Below are positions 19,627-28,253 of a stretch of 64,000 bases of DNA, one piece after another (position 1 is the first letter of the stretch; every line of letters begins with the position of its first letter). The notes under the pieces are model-generated. The model searched no databases and had not been told where the DNA came from. It saw only the letters and a program-made list of their open reading frames with translations. The translations under genes were made by a program, and so were the position numbers. This stretch comes from Candidatus Actinomarina sp. (GTDB lineage Bacteria > Actinomycetota > Acidimicrobiia > Actinomarinales > Actinomarinaceae): positions 711,214 through 775,213 of the forward strand of contig JAYQSV010000001.1 of assembly GCA_038147085.1 (NCBI GenBank). Reading direction: 5' to 3'.

Positions 19627-19662
19627 TTTTTCTCCAGAGAAGATTATATAAGTAGTATGACT

Positions 19663-20298
19663 TTATATATCCTTTAAATTATTCTTTTTCCATTCTTCTA
19701 TTTTTTTGTGATTTCCACTTAAAAGAACTTCTGGTACAACTAATTCTTTATATTTTTCAGGTCTTGTATATACAGGAAAATCATATTTATTTTCATTAAA
19801 TGTTTCATATTCTAATGATTCAGGATTTCCTAAAGTTCCAGGAATTCTTCTAGTTAATGCTTCAAGTAAAAATAATGCAGGTATTTCTCCACCAGAAACA
19901 ACTGAATATCCGATAGATACCTCATAATCACTATGAATTTCAATAATTCTTTGGTCGAATCCTTCATATCTACCACATACTAGATTTAGTGATTCATACT
20001 CAAGTAATTCAAGTAATAGTTTTTCATCTAGTTGATTTCCAGATGGAGTAAGAAAAATATTAGCTTCAGATTTATGTTCTAAAATAGCATTATCAAGTGG
20101 CTCTGGCATTAGGACCATACCTGGACCACCACCATAAGGTGCATCATCAACTTGTTTATAATCGCCTATGCCATATTGTCTTAAATCAACTGTGTTGACT
20201 TCAAATATATTCTTAGCTAGAGCTTGATGAATGATTCCAGTCTTTTTCCATTCATCTATCAAATTAGGAAATAAAGTGATTACATTATATGTTTTCAT
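19663..20298 (-). CDS. trmD: tRNA (guanine37-N1)-methyltransferase
   Basis: ITLFPNLI, DDAPYGGGPGMVL, and GRYEGFDQR motifs. Confidence 0.94.
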   Translation of the reverse strand: MKTYNVITLFPNLIDEWKKTGIIHQALAKNIFEVNTVDLRQYGIGDYKQVDDAPYGGGPGMVLMPEPLDNAILEHKSEANIFLTPSGNQLDEKLLLELLEYESLNLVCGRYEGFDQRIIEIHSDYEVSIGYSVVSGGEIPALFLLEALTRRIPGTLGNPESLEYETFNENKYDFPVYTRPEKYKELVVPEVLLSGNHKKIEEWKKNNLKDI

Positions 20299-22130
20299 TT
20301 ACTTATTAATGTGTCATCTATTTCTTTAAAATCTGTGTAAAGAGTATTTCTTACTTTAGGAATCTTGTTTTCATTTTTAATAATTTCTATAAATTGATTT
20401 GGAGTAGTTTCTTGACCATGATCTGCCCCTGATGCTCTACTGATATTTTCATTAATCAATGTTCCACCTAAATCATTTACACCAGCATGCAAAAGTTTGG
20501 CTGCACCATCATGACCGAGTTTTACCCAGCTAGCTTGAATATTATTAATTTCGTTATAAAAGTAAATTCTTGCAAGTGAATGTATTAGAACTACTTCATC
20601 CCAAGTAGGACCTGGCATGCTTTTACCTTGAACAAAAATTGGAGAACCCATATGTACAAAAGGTAAGGGAACTACTTCAGTAAAGCCTTTAGTTTTTCTT
20701 TGTAAAGTTCTTATTAATGAAAAATGATTAACCCAAGACTCAGCATCATCAATATGTCCGAACATTATTGTTGCAGTAGATCTAATTCCTAGCGTGTGGG
20801 CAACTTCCATAACATACGCCCATTGAGCAGATGTTATTTTATCTGGACATAAGAATTTACGTATTCTATCATCCAAAATCTCAGCTGCAGTTCCAGGTAA
20901 GGTATTTAACCCAGCTTCTTTTAACATAATTAAATATTCTTCAACTGACTTATTTATTGTTTGTGCACCTTGCCAAATTTCTAAAGGTGTAAATCCATGT
21001 ATATGCATTTCAGGTAATACTTTTTTAATTTCTTGAACCATAGATAAATAAAATTCTCCTGTGTAATCAGGATTAATACCACCTTGTAAGCATACTTCTG
21101 TAGCTCCTGTTTCACTTGCTTCAATTGTTCTTTGAACAACTTCAGGAATGTCAATTGAATAAGGTTTCTCTTTTAAATCAAAACTTTTAGGTCCTTTGGA
21201 AAATCCACAAAAACCACATTTAAAATAGCATTGATTTGTGTAGTTAATATTTCTGTTTTTAACAAACGTTACTGCATTTCCATTTATTTTAAAATTCAAT
21301 TCATTTGCTAGAGCTGCAATTTCGTTTACTCCTTGACCTTGAGTGCTAAATAAACTTCTAAGTTCAACATCATTAATGGCTTCGCCTTTATCTACATTAT
21401 TTAGAATTTTGTCAAAATTTATATTTTTAAAATTACTCAATTGATTTGAATTAAAGTTATTTAATTTTGGTAATTCTTTACCTGAACCAGGTGCCCAGCC
21501 TGTTTCTTCCCTTTTGTAACCTCTCACATCTCTAGTTTGTAAATATCTATAGAATCGAAGTTTGTCAAATATAGATCTAGCTTCATCTAATGGGATAATT
21601 GGCGATAACAATGTTCTTTCAAAAAAACTATATCCGTTTAGTTCTTGAAGTTCTTTTATTTGTTCAGAACTCCAATCTCTCAATAAAATATCTTCAACAT
21701 TTGAATTTAGTAAATCTATGACTTGCTCTTTATTATCAGCGTATGCAGAAATAATAAATTTGTTTGAAGTACTTAGTTTTGAAATAGTTTCTGCATCATC
21801 AGAATTTTGAACTAACACAATTTTAGGATTTACTCTATCAATTACTTCCAGAGCAATCTCTATGTTTTTAGAAAATTTATACATAAGCCTTGATGGATTC
21901 ATATCTTTTATTTTTTGAATATCATTGTCGGAAAATAACCATACATCAGCATCTATTTGAAAATCATGTGACAAGGTCTGAAAATTTAATTTATATAAAT
22001 TCGTAAGGTTAAGATTTGAATTTTCTTTTATTAAAAAGGAAGTGGTACCTTCCTTTTTTCTCGAACTTAAATAAATTTCATTATCACTATCACAAGGTCT
22101 TATTCGTAAAAAAGAAATATTTTTATTCAT
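20295..22130 (-). CDS. cofH: FO (7,8-didemethyl-8-hydroxy-5-deazariboflavin) synthase subunit CofH with about 235-aa N-terminal extension of unknown function
   Basis: Radical-SAM cluster motif NQCYFKCGFCGF at about residue 300, followed by a CofH-like body. It overlaps cofG (ATGAATAA) upstream and trmD (ATGA) downstream. Confidence 0.85.
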   Translation of the reverse strand: MNKNISFLRIRPCDSDNEIYLSSRKKEGTTSFLIKENSNLNLTNLYKLNFQTLSHDFQIDADVWLFSDNDIQKIKDMNPSRLMYKFSKNIEIALEVIDRVNPKIVLVQNSDDAETISKLSTSNKFIISAYADNKEQVIDLLNSNVEDILLRDWSSEQIKELQELNGYSFFERTLLSPIIPLDEARSIFDKLRFYRYLQTRDVRGYKREETGWAPGSGKELPKLNNFNSNQLSNFKNINFDKILNNVDKGEAINDVELRSLFSTQGQGVNEIAALANELNFKINGNAVTFVKNRNINYTNQCYFKCGFCGFSKGPKSFDLKEKPYSIDIPEVVQRTIEASETGATEVCLQGGINPDYTGEFYLSMVQEIKKVLPEMHIHGFTPLEIWQGAQTINKSVEEYLIMLKEAGLNTLPGTAAEILDDRIRKFLCPDKITSAQWAYVMEVAHTLGIRSTATIMFGHIDDAESWVNHFSLIRTLQRKTKGFTEVVPLPFVHMGSPIFVQGKSMPGPTWDEVVLIHSLARIYFYNEINNIQASWVKLGHDGAAKLLHAGVNDLGGTLINENISRASGADHGQETTPNQFIEIIKNENKIPKVRNTLYTDFKEIDDTLISK

Positions 22131-23238
22131 TATCTATTGGATACCCATCTGTATCAATAATATTATTAATTTTTTCTAGAATTTCTTCATTAATCCAATC
22201 TTTTTTTATAAAGTCTGGATAAACAGGCAGCCTTTTTATTAATTTTTGACCAGAAGTTTCAACTAAGTTTTTTAGATTTTCTAGATTTGGCCACAAATGA
22301 TCTGGATTCACCCAATCTATAGTTAACGGTGATATACCGCCTAAATCATTAATTCCACTTTTTAAATACTTATTAATATCAGGTGATAGATTTGGTGGAA
22401 CCTGAAGTGAAATGTGTTTTGGAGCAAATATACGAGTCGTTGCAATAATTCTTAAATACAAATCATTAGTAATTTCTGCATTATATTTCATACGAGTATT
22501 GAGTTTTGCTCTAAAATTTTGAAGTATTATTTCTTGAATCGCAATATTGTTCTCAATCAATTTAATTAATTGTGCAATATCTTCAACTAGTTCTTCTTTA
22601 GAATTTGTTAACCCAAGAAGTAATCCAGTAGTCATGGGGTATTTATTTTCTTTAGCATTTTCTAGAGTTGCAATTCTTAATTCCGGTGATTTAGTAACAG
22701 TTGCAAAATGAGGCATACCTTTAGAAAATAGATTTTGAGAAAAGCTTTCAATCATTATCCCGCCTGATGGAGATACACGCTTAAAATCTACAATTTCATC
22801 AGATGACATTAGTCCAGGGTTTGCATGAGGAAAAAGTTGAAAATCCTTATTTACTAAACTCATACAATGAGTTAAGTATTCATGAGTAGAACTGAATCCA
22901 AATTCATTTAATTGAGTTTTGGCATTATCCCATCGATTTTCAGGTTTGTCACCAAGAGTAAACAAAGCTTCAAAACAACCAGCTTCACTACCTGCAGACA
23001 CAATAGCTCTAACTTCATCTTCAGTTAGATAAGTTCCACCTTCAGATGGAGATTTAACAAAAGTACAATAAGAACACTTATCCCTGCACATAGTAGTTAG
23101 AGGAATAAAAACTTTCGGACTATATGTGATCTTATTACCAAAAATATTTTTTTTTATTTGAAAAGCTTCCTCTAATAACTCTGAAGTAGGAGTTTTGCCA
23201 AAGATAGAATTTTCAATAATTTTGTATAAAGACTTCAT
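22123..23238 (-). CDS. cofG: FO synthase subunit CofG
   Basis: Radical-SAM motif TTMCRDKCSYCTF, 371 aa, translationally coupled to cofH. Confidence 0.85.
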   Translation of the reverse strand: MKSLYKIIENSIFGKTPTSELLEEAFQIKKNIFGNKITYSPKVFIPLTTMCRDKCSYCTFVKSPSEGGTYLTEDEVRAIVSAGSEAGCFEALFTLGDKPENRWDNAKTQLNEFGFSSTHEYLTHCMSLVNKDFQLFPHANPGLMSSDEIVDFKRVSPSGGIMIESFSQNLFSKGMPHFATVTKSPELRIATLENAKENKYPMTTGLLLGLTNSKEELVEDIAQLIKLIENNIAIQEIILQNFRAKLNTRMKYNAEITNDLYLRIIATTRIFAPKHISLQVPPNLSPDINKYLKSGINDLGGISPLTIDWVNPDHLWPNLENLKNLVETSGQKLIKRLPVYPDFIKKDWINEEILEKINNIIDTDGYPIDNE

Positions 23239-23296
23239 ATAAATAATTAATAAGCTATATTATTACTGATTGTACAACAATTATTGATATTTAAAG

Positions 23297-24310
23297 ATGG
23301 ATGACATGATTAAAGTTTCACTTGCTGGGTTTGGAAGGATTGGTAGAGACGTATTACGCCAAACCATTAACCGTAATGACATTCAGATTGTTTCAATTTC
23401 GGATACTGCAGATAAAGCAAACTTAATCTACCTTTTAAAATACGATTCAATATATGGAAGGTTTGAGAAAGAAGTAGTTGAAACTGAAAATGGAATTTCA
23501 ATAGATGGAACCGAAATTTTATTTAATAAATGGAAAAATGCAGAAGAATCTGATTGGAGTTCTTTAGATACTGACGTATTGATTCTTGCAACAGGTAAAT
23601 CACAGACTAAAGATGAAGTAGATCTACATTTATCTAAAGGATGCAAAAAAGTTATAGTAGCTTCTACTCCTTCTGATTTGAATGAATTTCCAATATATAT
23701 ACCTGGCGCAAATGATACTGAAATTAACTTTGATGAAAATGTTATATCACTTGGTTCAAATACAGCTAATGCTGTTTGTCCAATTTTAAAAGAATTAAAT
23801 AACGAATTAGGAGTTGAAAGAGCATTTTTAACTACTGTTCATGGATATTCTAATTCAAATAGATTAGCTGATGTAGCTGGAGAAGGATTTAGGTTAAATA
23901 GAGCAGCTGGCGAGAATATTATCCCTTCAATTACAAAATCTTCAGAAGTTATTGAGACTGTTTTACCGTTTTTAAAAAATAAAGTTGCATCTTCATCGAT
24001 GACAGTACCTATTCCAGACGGCAGTACAGTGGATTTGACAATTGATATAAAGAAGGAATCTACAATTGATGAAATTAATAACTTACTTCAGAATTTCTCA
24101 ACTTCATCACTAAAAAATATAATAGGTATAACTTATGATCCAATAGTCTCATCTGATGTTGTAAAGAGTTCACTTTCAGGACTAGTAGATGGTTTATCAA
24201 CAATGAGTATTGCTAACAAAAAAATAAAATTAATAATTTGGTTTGATAATGGTTGGGGTTATTCAGCAAGAATAATAGACACTATAGAAAAGTTAAATTT
24301 GGAGAAATAA
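23297..24310 (+). CDS. GAPDH-fold paralog lacking the catalytic cysteine (function unknown)
   Basis: NAD-binding GFGRIGR and TTVHGYS (His176) are kept. The active-site peptide SNASCTTNCLAP is replaced by SLGSNTANAVCP (Cys149 to Asn at 23759-23761), and AMRVP is replaced by SMTVP (Arg231 to Thr at 24002-24004). Confidence 0.8.
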   Translation: MDDMIKVSLAGFGRIGRDVLRQTINRNDIQIVSISDTADKANLIYLLKYDSIYGRFEKEVVETENGISIDGTEILFNKWKNAEESDWSSLDTDVLILATGKSQTKDEVDLHLSKGCKKVIVASTPSDLNEFPIYIPGANDTEINFDENVISLGSNTANAVCPILKELNNELGVERAFLTTVHGYSNSNRLADVAGEGFRLNRAAGENIIPSITKSSEVIETVLPFLKNKVASSSMTVPIPDGSTVDLTIDIKKESTIDEINNLLQNFSTSSLKNIIGITYDPIVSSDVVKSSLSGLVDGLSTMSIANKKIKLIIWFDNGWGYSARIIDTIEKLNLEK

Positions 24311-25305
24311 TGGCAAATATAGCAATAAATGGATTTGGAAGAATTGGAAGATCTGTATTAAGAATAATTATTGAAACCAATTCTGATATAAATGTTGCAG
24401 CTATCAATGATTTAGGTGACTATGAAAACTTAGCATATCTATTAAAACATGACTCTGTCATGGGAGTATTAGATGCAAACGTTTCTGTTGAAGGTGATGT
24501 ATTAATAGTCGATGATAGGAAAATTAAACTCACTTCGATAAAAGACCCAAGTCAATTACCTTGGAATGAGCTTAATATTGACGTTGTCATTGAATCTACT
24601 GGAATCTTTAGAGATAATGAATCTCTACAAAAACATATTAATGCTGGTGCAAAAAAAGTTCTTCTAACTGTTCCTCCAAAGGATGATATAGATGCAACAA
24701 TTGTACTTGGTGTAAACAATGAGGATTTAAAGCCTGAACATAAAGTAGTTTCAAATGCATCTTGTACAACTAATTGCCTTGCACCTATCGCTAAAGTTTT
24801 GGATGATAATTTTGGTATCAAGTCTGGATTAATGACTACAGTCCATGCTTATACTAACGATCAAGCTTTAGCCGAAGGTACCCACAGTGACTTTAGAAGA
24901 GGTAGAAGTGCTACTCAAAACATCATTCCAACTTCTACTGGAGCTGCCAAAGCTGTTGGCATGGTATTGCCAAAACTCAATGGAAAATTAGATGGAATGG
25001 CAATGCGTGTACCTGTTCCAGATGGAAGTGTTGTCGATTTAGTTGTTGAATTAGAAAAAAACGTAACACTTGAAGAATTGAATAGCGCAATAAAAGAAGC
25101 TGCTAATACAACTCTTAAAGGAATACTTGAGTACTCTGAGGTACCATTAGTTTCAACAGATATTTTGCAGAACCCACATTCAAGTATTTATGACTCTACT
25201 TCGACACAAATATTAGATAACAACCATGTAAAAGTTGTATGTTGGTATGACAATGAATGGGGATACTCAAATCGAGTTGTTGATCTAATTAAAGAATTAG
25301 CATAA
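24310..25305 (+). CDS. gap: glyceraldehyde-3-phosphate dehydrogenase (canonical type I)
   Basis: INGFGRIGR, SNASCTTNCLAP, TTVHAYT, STGAAKAV and MRVPVPDGS are all intact. I chose the ATG at 24310 (TAATG overlap with the upstream paralog); the track ORF begins at 24253. Confidence 0.94.
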   Translation: MANIAINGFGRIGRSVLRIIIETNSDINVAAINDLGDYENLAYLLKHDSVMGVLDANVSVEGDVLIVDDRKIKLTSIKDPSQLPWNELNIDVVIESTGIFRDNESLQKHINAGAKKVLLTVPPKDDIDATIVLGVNNEDLKPEHKVVSNASCTTNCLAPIAKVLDDNFGIKSGLMTTVHAYTNDQALAEGTHSDFRRGRSATQNIIPTSTGAAKAVGMVLPKLNGKLDGMAMRVPVPDGSVVDLVVELEKNVTLEELNSAIKEAANTTLKGILEYSEVPLVSTDILQNPHSSIYDSTSTQILDNNHVKVVCWYDNEWGYSNRVVDLIKELA

Positions 25306-25718
25306 TGACCAATCAACTTCCAAAAGCTCCAGAAGCAATTGGTAATTATGTTACTTTCAAAAAAGCTGGAAATTTTATCTACACATCTGGACATATACCT
25401 GCTGGAGAAAATAATTTTTTTGGAAAAATTCCATCACAAGTAAGTATCGATGATGGTTACAAAGCAGCATCATATTGTGCTGAATTAACTCTTTCTACAC
25501 TCAAAGAGAACTGCGATATTGAAAAATTACAACCATTAAATGTTGTTGGTTTTATAAATGCAGAATTAGGTTTTAAAGATCATGCCAAAGTCTTAAATGG
25601 ATTTACAGATAAACTTTCTGAGTTTTTTAGTGAAAAAGCAACTAGATCTGCTGTAGGTGTACAAAGCTTGCCATTAGATGTATGTGTCGAAGTGCAATGT
25701 ATTTTTATTTATGAATAA
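25305..25718 (+). CDS. ridA: RidA/YjgF/UK114 family protein
   Basis: 137 aa, APEAIGNYV...GHIP N-terminal pattern typical of the family; TAATG overlap with gap. Confidence 0.75.
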   Translation: MTNQLPKAPEAIGNYVTFKKAGNFIYTSGHIPAGENNFFGKIPSQVSIDDGYKAASYCAELTLSTLKENCDIEKLQPLNVVGFINAELGFKDHAKVLNGFTDKLSEFFSEKATRSAVGVQSLPLDVCVEVQCIFIYE

Positions 25719-26415
25719 AATAATAGCCATTTCAACTGGAGTAAAAGATGTTGAAATGGCACCAGGAAATATACCTTGTGTAGTTATTAATGTAGACTTT
25801 GTTGAGTTGTGCAATCAATTTGGAAACACAGCCGTAATTTTAGGACCTCAAAAAAATTTAAATGAAATAAATTTATCTGGTTTTGATGCATTAATTATTT
25901 CTGGAGGTGGAGACATAGATCCAATTAATTATGGTCAAGAAAAATCTGATAAAACGATGAGAGTTTCTAAAGAAAGAGACATAACCGAACTTCAACTTTT
26001 AAAATCTGCAGAGATAAACAATATTAAAACATTAGCAATTTGTAGAGGTAATCAATTATTAAATGTCTATAAAGGTGGGACTTTATTTCAAGATATAACA
26101 GATGCTGGATATGAAGAAATAAAACATGATCGACCCTTTGGGGATGCGAGAGCTCATATACATTCAGTTGAGGTTATTGAAGATTCAAAATTATTTAATG
26201 TCCTTAAAGATACTAACTTTGGCGTAAATTCTATTCATCACCAAGCGGTAGACAAAGTTGGTGAAGGTTTGAAAATAAATGCTATAGCTCCTGATGGAAT
26301 CATTGAAGGTGTAGAAAGCACTTCTTCTTGGGATGCAATTGGAGTTCAATGGCATCCGGAAAACATGACTGAAGATAAAATAAGTCTTAAATTATTTGAG
26401 TGGATCAACAATTAA
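25711..26415 (+). CDS. class I glutamine amidotransferase-like, peptidase C26 (gamma-glutamyl hydrolase / PuuD-like)
   Basis: Nucleophile elbow AICRGNQLLNV and GVQWHPE His-Glu motif. The ATG at 25711 overlaps the ridA stop (ATGAATAA). Confidence 0.8.
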   Translation: MNKIIAISTGVKDVEMAPGNIPCVVINVDFVELCNQFGNTAVILGPQKNLNEINLSGFDALIISGGGDIDPINYGQEKSDKTMRVSKERDITELQLLKSAEINNIKTLAICRGNQLLNVYKGGTLFQDITDAGYEEIKHDRPFGDARAHIHSVEVIEDSKLFNVLKDTNFGVNSIHHQAVDKVGEGLKINAIAPDGIIEGVESTSSWDAIGVQWHPENMTEDKISLKLFEWINN

Positions 26416-26880
26416 CTCATTATTTTTTAAAGTTAATTTATTATTTTCATAATTGAAGAACGAGTTGTTATAAGGAATTTCAAAATCTTCAACATTTTCA
26501 ACCTTACAAAATATCAAATTATTATAAATTGTATAATTAATCAATTTTTGTCCATTTTTATTAATTTCTGTATTCAAAAAAAAGCCTGGCCATGGCAAAT
26601 TTTCATTATTTAATAAGATATTTGAATAATTTTTTGAAATATATACTCTACGGTTCCTCAACATTTCTGCTTCATTAATATTGACTACTTTTTGAAACTT
26701 TATTAAGTTTCTATCTTTTAAATGTTTTTTGAAATCTTCTACTTTAAATACTTTATCTTCTACATAAAGATCAATATTTATTAAATTAAGATTTTTAAAA
26801 AATGTATCAATTTTTATATATTGATAACCTTTTAAAGAATGAGGTTTTCCTAAAACACCAATTAAAAACTTATCAGTCAA
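26392..26880 (-). CDS. rimM: 16S rRNA processing protein RimM
   Basis: FLIGVLGKPHSLKGY N-terminal motif. A TTG at 26880 gives a canonical N-terminus and an 8-nt overlap with the KH gene. The longest ORF reaches 26931 (59-nt overlap). Confidence 0.8.
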   Translation of the reverse strand: MTDKFLIGVLGKPHSLKGYQYIKIDTFFKNLNLINIDLYVEDKVFKVEDFKKHLKDRNLIKFQKVVNINEAEMLRNRRVYISKNYSNILLNNENLPWPGFFLNTEINKNGQKLINYTIYNNLIFCKVENVEDFEIPYNNSFFNYENNKLTLKNNELIVDPLK

Positions 26881-27124
26881 TAAATTCAACAGAAGATTGA
26901 AGGCCTTCTTCGTCTGCAGCAGCTTGTGCAACAGTTCTTATTGCTCTTGCTACTCTGCCTCTTTTACCAATGACTCTACCCATGTCATCAGCAGAAGTCC
27001 TAACTTCAATGGTTACTTTTTCATCATTAGAGTCAGCAACCGAAACATTTACTGAGTTTTTATCCTCAACTATTTGGCTGACAATATATTCAACTACATT
27101 TTTTACTATTGAACCAGATGACAT
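26873..27124 (-). CDS. KH-domain RNA-binding protein (KhpA/YlqC-like)
   Basis: 83 aa with MGRVIGKRGRVARAIRTV (GxxG KH motif); lies between rpsP and rimM. Confidence 0.9.
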   Translation of the reverse strand: MSSGSIVKNVVEYIVSQIVEDKNSVNVSVADSNDEKVTIEVRTSADDMGRVIGKRGRVARAIRTVAQAAADEEGLQSSVEFID

Positions 27125-27505
27125 TTATTCCTCTTCTTTAAGTGATTCTGATGAATTAGCTGCAGCTTCTTGTTTTTTAATTTCTGCTTTAGAGCTACTT
27201 TTGACTTTTTCTGCAGGTGGTTTTGGTACAGAAACTACTTCACCTTTAGATGATCGCCATTGAGCCCAAGCACCAGAAATTTCAAGAAGTTTTTGTGCTC
27301 TTTCTGAAGGTTGAGCACCTTTATCTAGCCAAGAAACAGCTTTATCTACGTCAATTTCTACTGTGGATGGGTTTTGATGAGGGTCGTAAAAACCTAAGTC
27401 TTCAATAAATCTTCCATCTCTAGGTGAACGAGAATCAGCAACAACAACTCTGTAAGTCCTTGTTTTTTTCTTTCCTCTTTGTGCCAGTCTTATTTTTACA
27501 GACAT
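27125..27505 (-). CDS. rpsP: 30S ribosomal protein S16 with C-terminal extension
   Basis: MSVKIRLAQRGKKKTRTYRVVVADSRSPRDGRFIEDLGFYDP. Confidence 0.96.
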   Translation of the reverse strand: MSVKIRLAQRGKKKTRTYRVVVADSRSPRDGRFIEDLGFYDPHQNPSTVEIDVDKAVSWLDKGAQPSERAQKLLEISGAWAQWRSSKGEVVSVPKPPAEKVKSSSKAEIKKQEAAANSSESLKEEE

Positions 27506-27632
27506 TAACTTCCTTTATTTAAATTGCAATACATTATATTACTTTAAGTAAAATCTAAAACGTACCTAAATTAGATTAACTTCTTACAAAAAATAACTAG
27601 TAAAGAAATTATGTTTTGGTAATCTGTTTGAG

Positions 27633-28253
27633 ATGGAAATTATTGAAGTATCACATCCTTTAAAAGATCATTATTTAACAATTTTAAGGAATAAAAATAC
27701 TGACTTTGAGGCCTTTAGAAATTATTCATCTAAATTATCTTATATTTTATTTCTTGAAGCTTCTAAAAACATATCTTTAAAAACAATAGAAATTGATACA
27801 CCTTTAACTAAAACAGTTGGTTACGAGATAGAAAATGAAAATGTAGCAGTTGCTGTACTCAGAGCAGGTCTAGGGTTAGCAGATGGCATTAAAGAACTTT
27901 TACCTAACACTTCATTTGGTTATATAGGTGTACAAAGAAATGAAGAAACTGCTAGTCCAGAATATTACTATGAAAACTTGCCCGAGCTTAAAAACAAAAA
28001 TGTATTTATTCTTGAGCCAATGTTAGCTACAGGTGGTTCTTTATCCTTTGCTATTGACAAAGTAAAGGAATATAGTCCAAAAAATATTTTCGCCTTAACT
28101 GTTATTTGCGCACCTGAAGGAATAAGAAAATTAGAAGAAAAACATCCAGATGTTACTTTAATTACAGCAAGCATTGATGAAAAATTAAATGAAAATTGGT
28201 ATATAGTTCCTGGGCTTGGTGACATGGGAGATAGACTTTTTGGTACTGTCTAA
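27633..28253 (+). CDS. upp: uracil phosphoribosyltransferase
   Basis: VAVLRAGLG, ILEPMLATGGS PRPP loop, and YIVPGLGDMGDRLFGT C-terminus. Confidence 0.94.
   Translation: MEIIEVSHPLKDHYLTILRNKNTDFEAFRNYSSKLSYILFLEASKNISLKTIEIDTPLTKTVGYEIENENVAVAVLRAGLGLADGIKELLPNTSFGYIGVQRNEETASPEYYYENLPELKNKNVFILEPMLATGGSLSFAIDKVKEYSPKNIFALTVICAPEGIRKLEEKHPDVTLITASIDEKLNENWYIVPGLGDMGDRLFGTV

Noticed and set aside
24253-24309. Longer N-terminal extension of the canonical gap ORF (MGLFSKNNRHYRKVKFGEI...).
   Set aside because: The extension overlaps the upstream paralog. The ATG at 24310 gives the canonical MANIAINGFGRIGR N-terminus with a TAATG junction.
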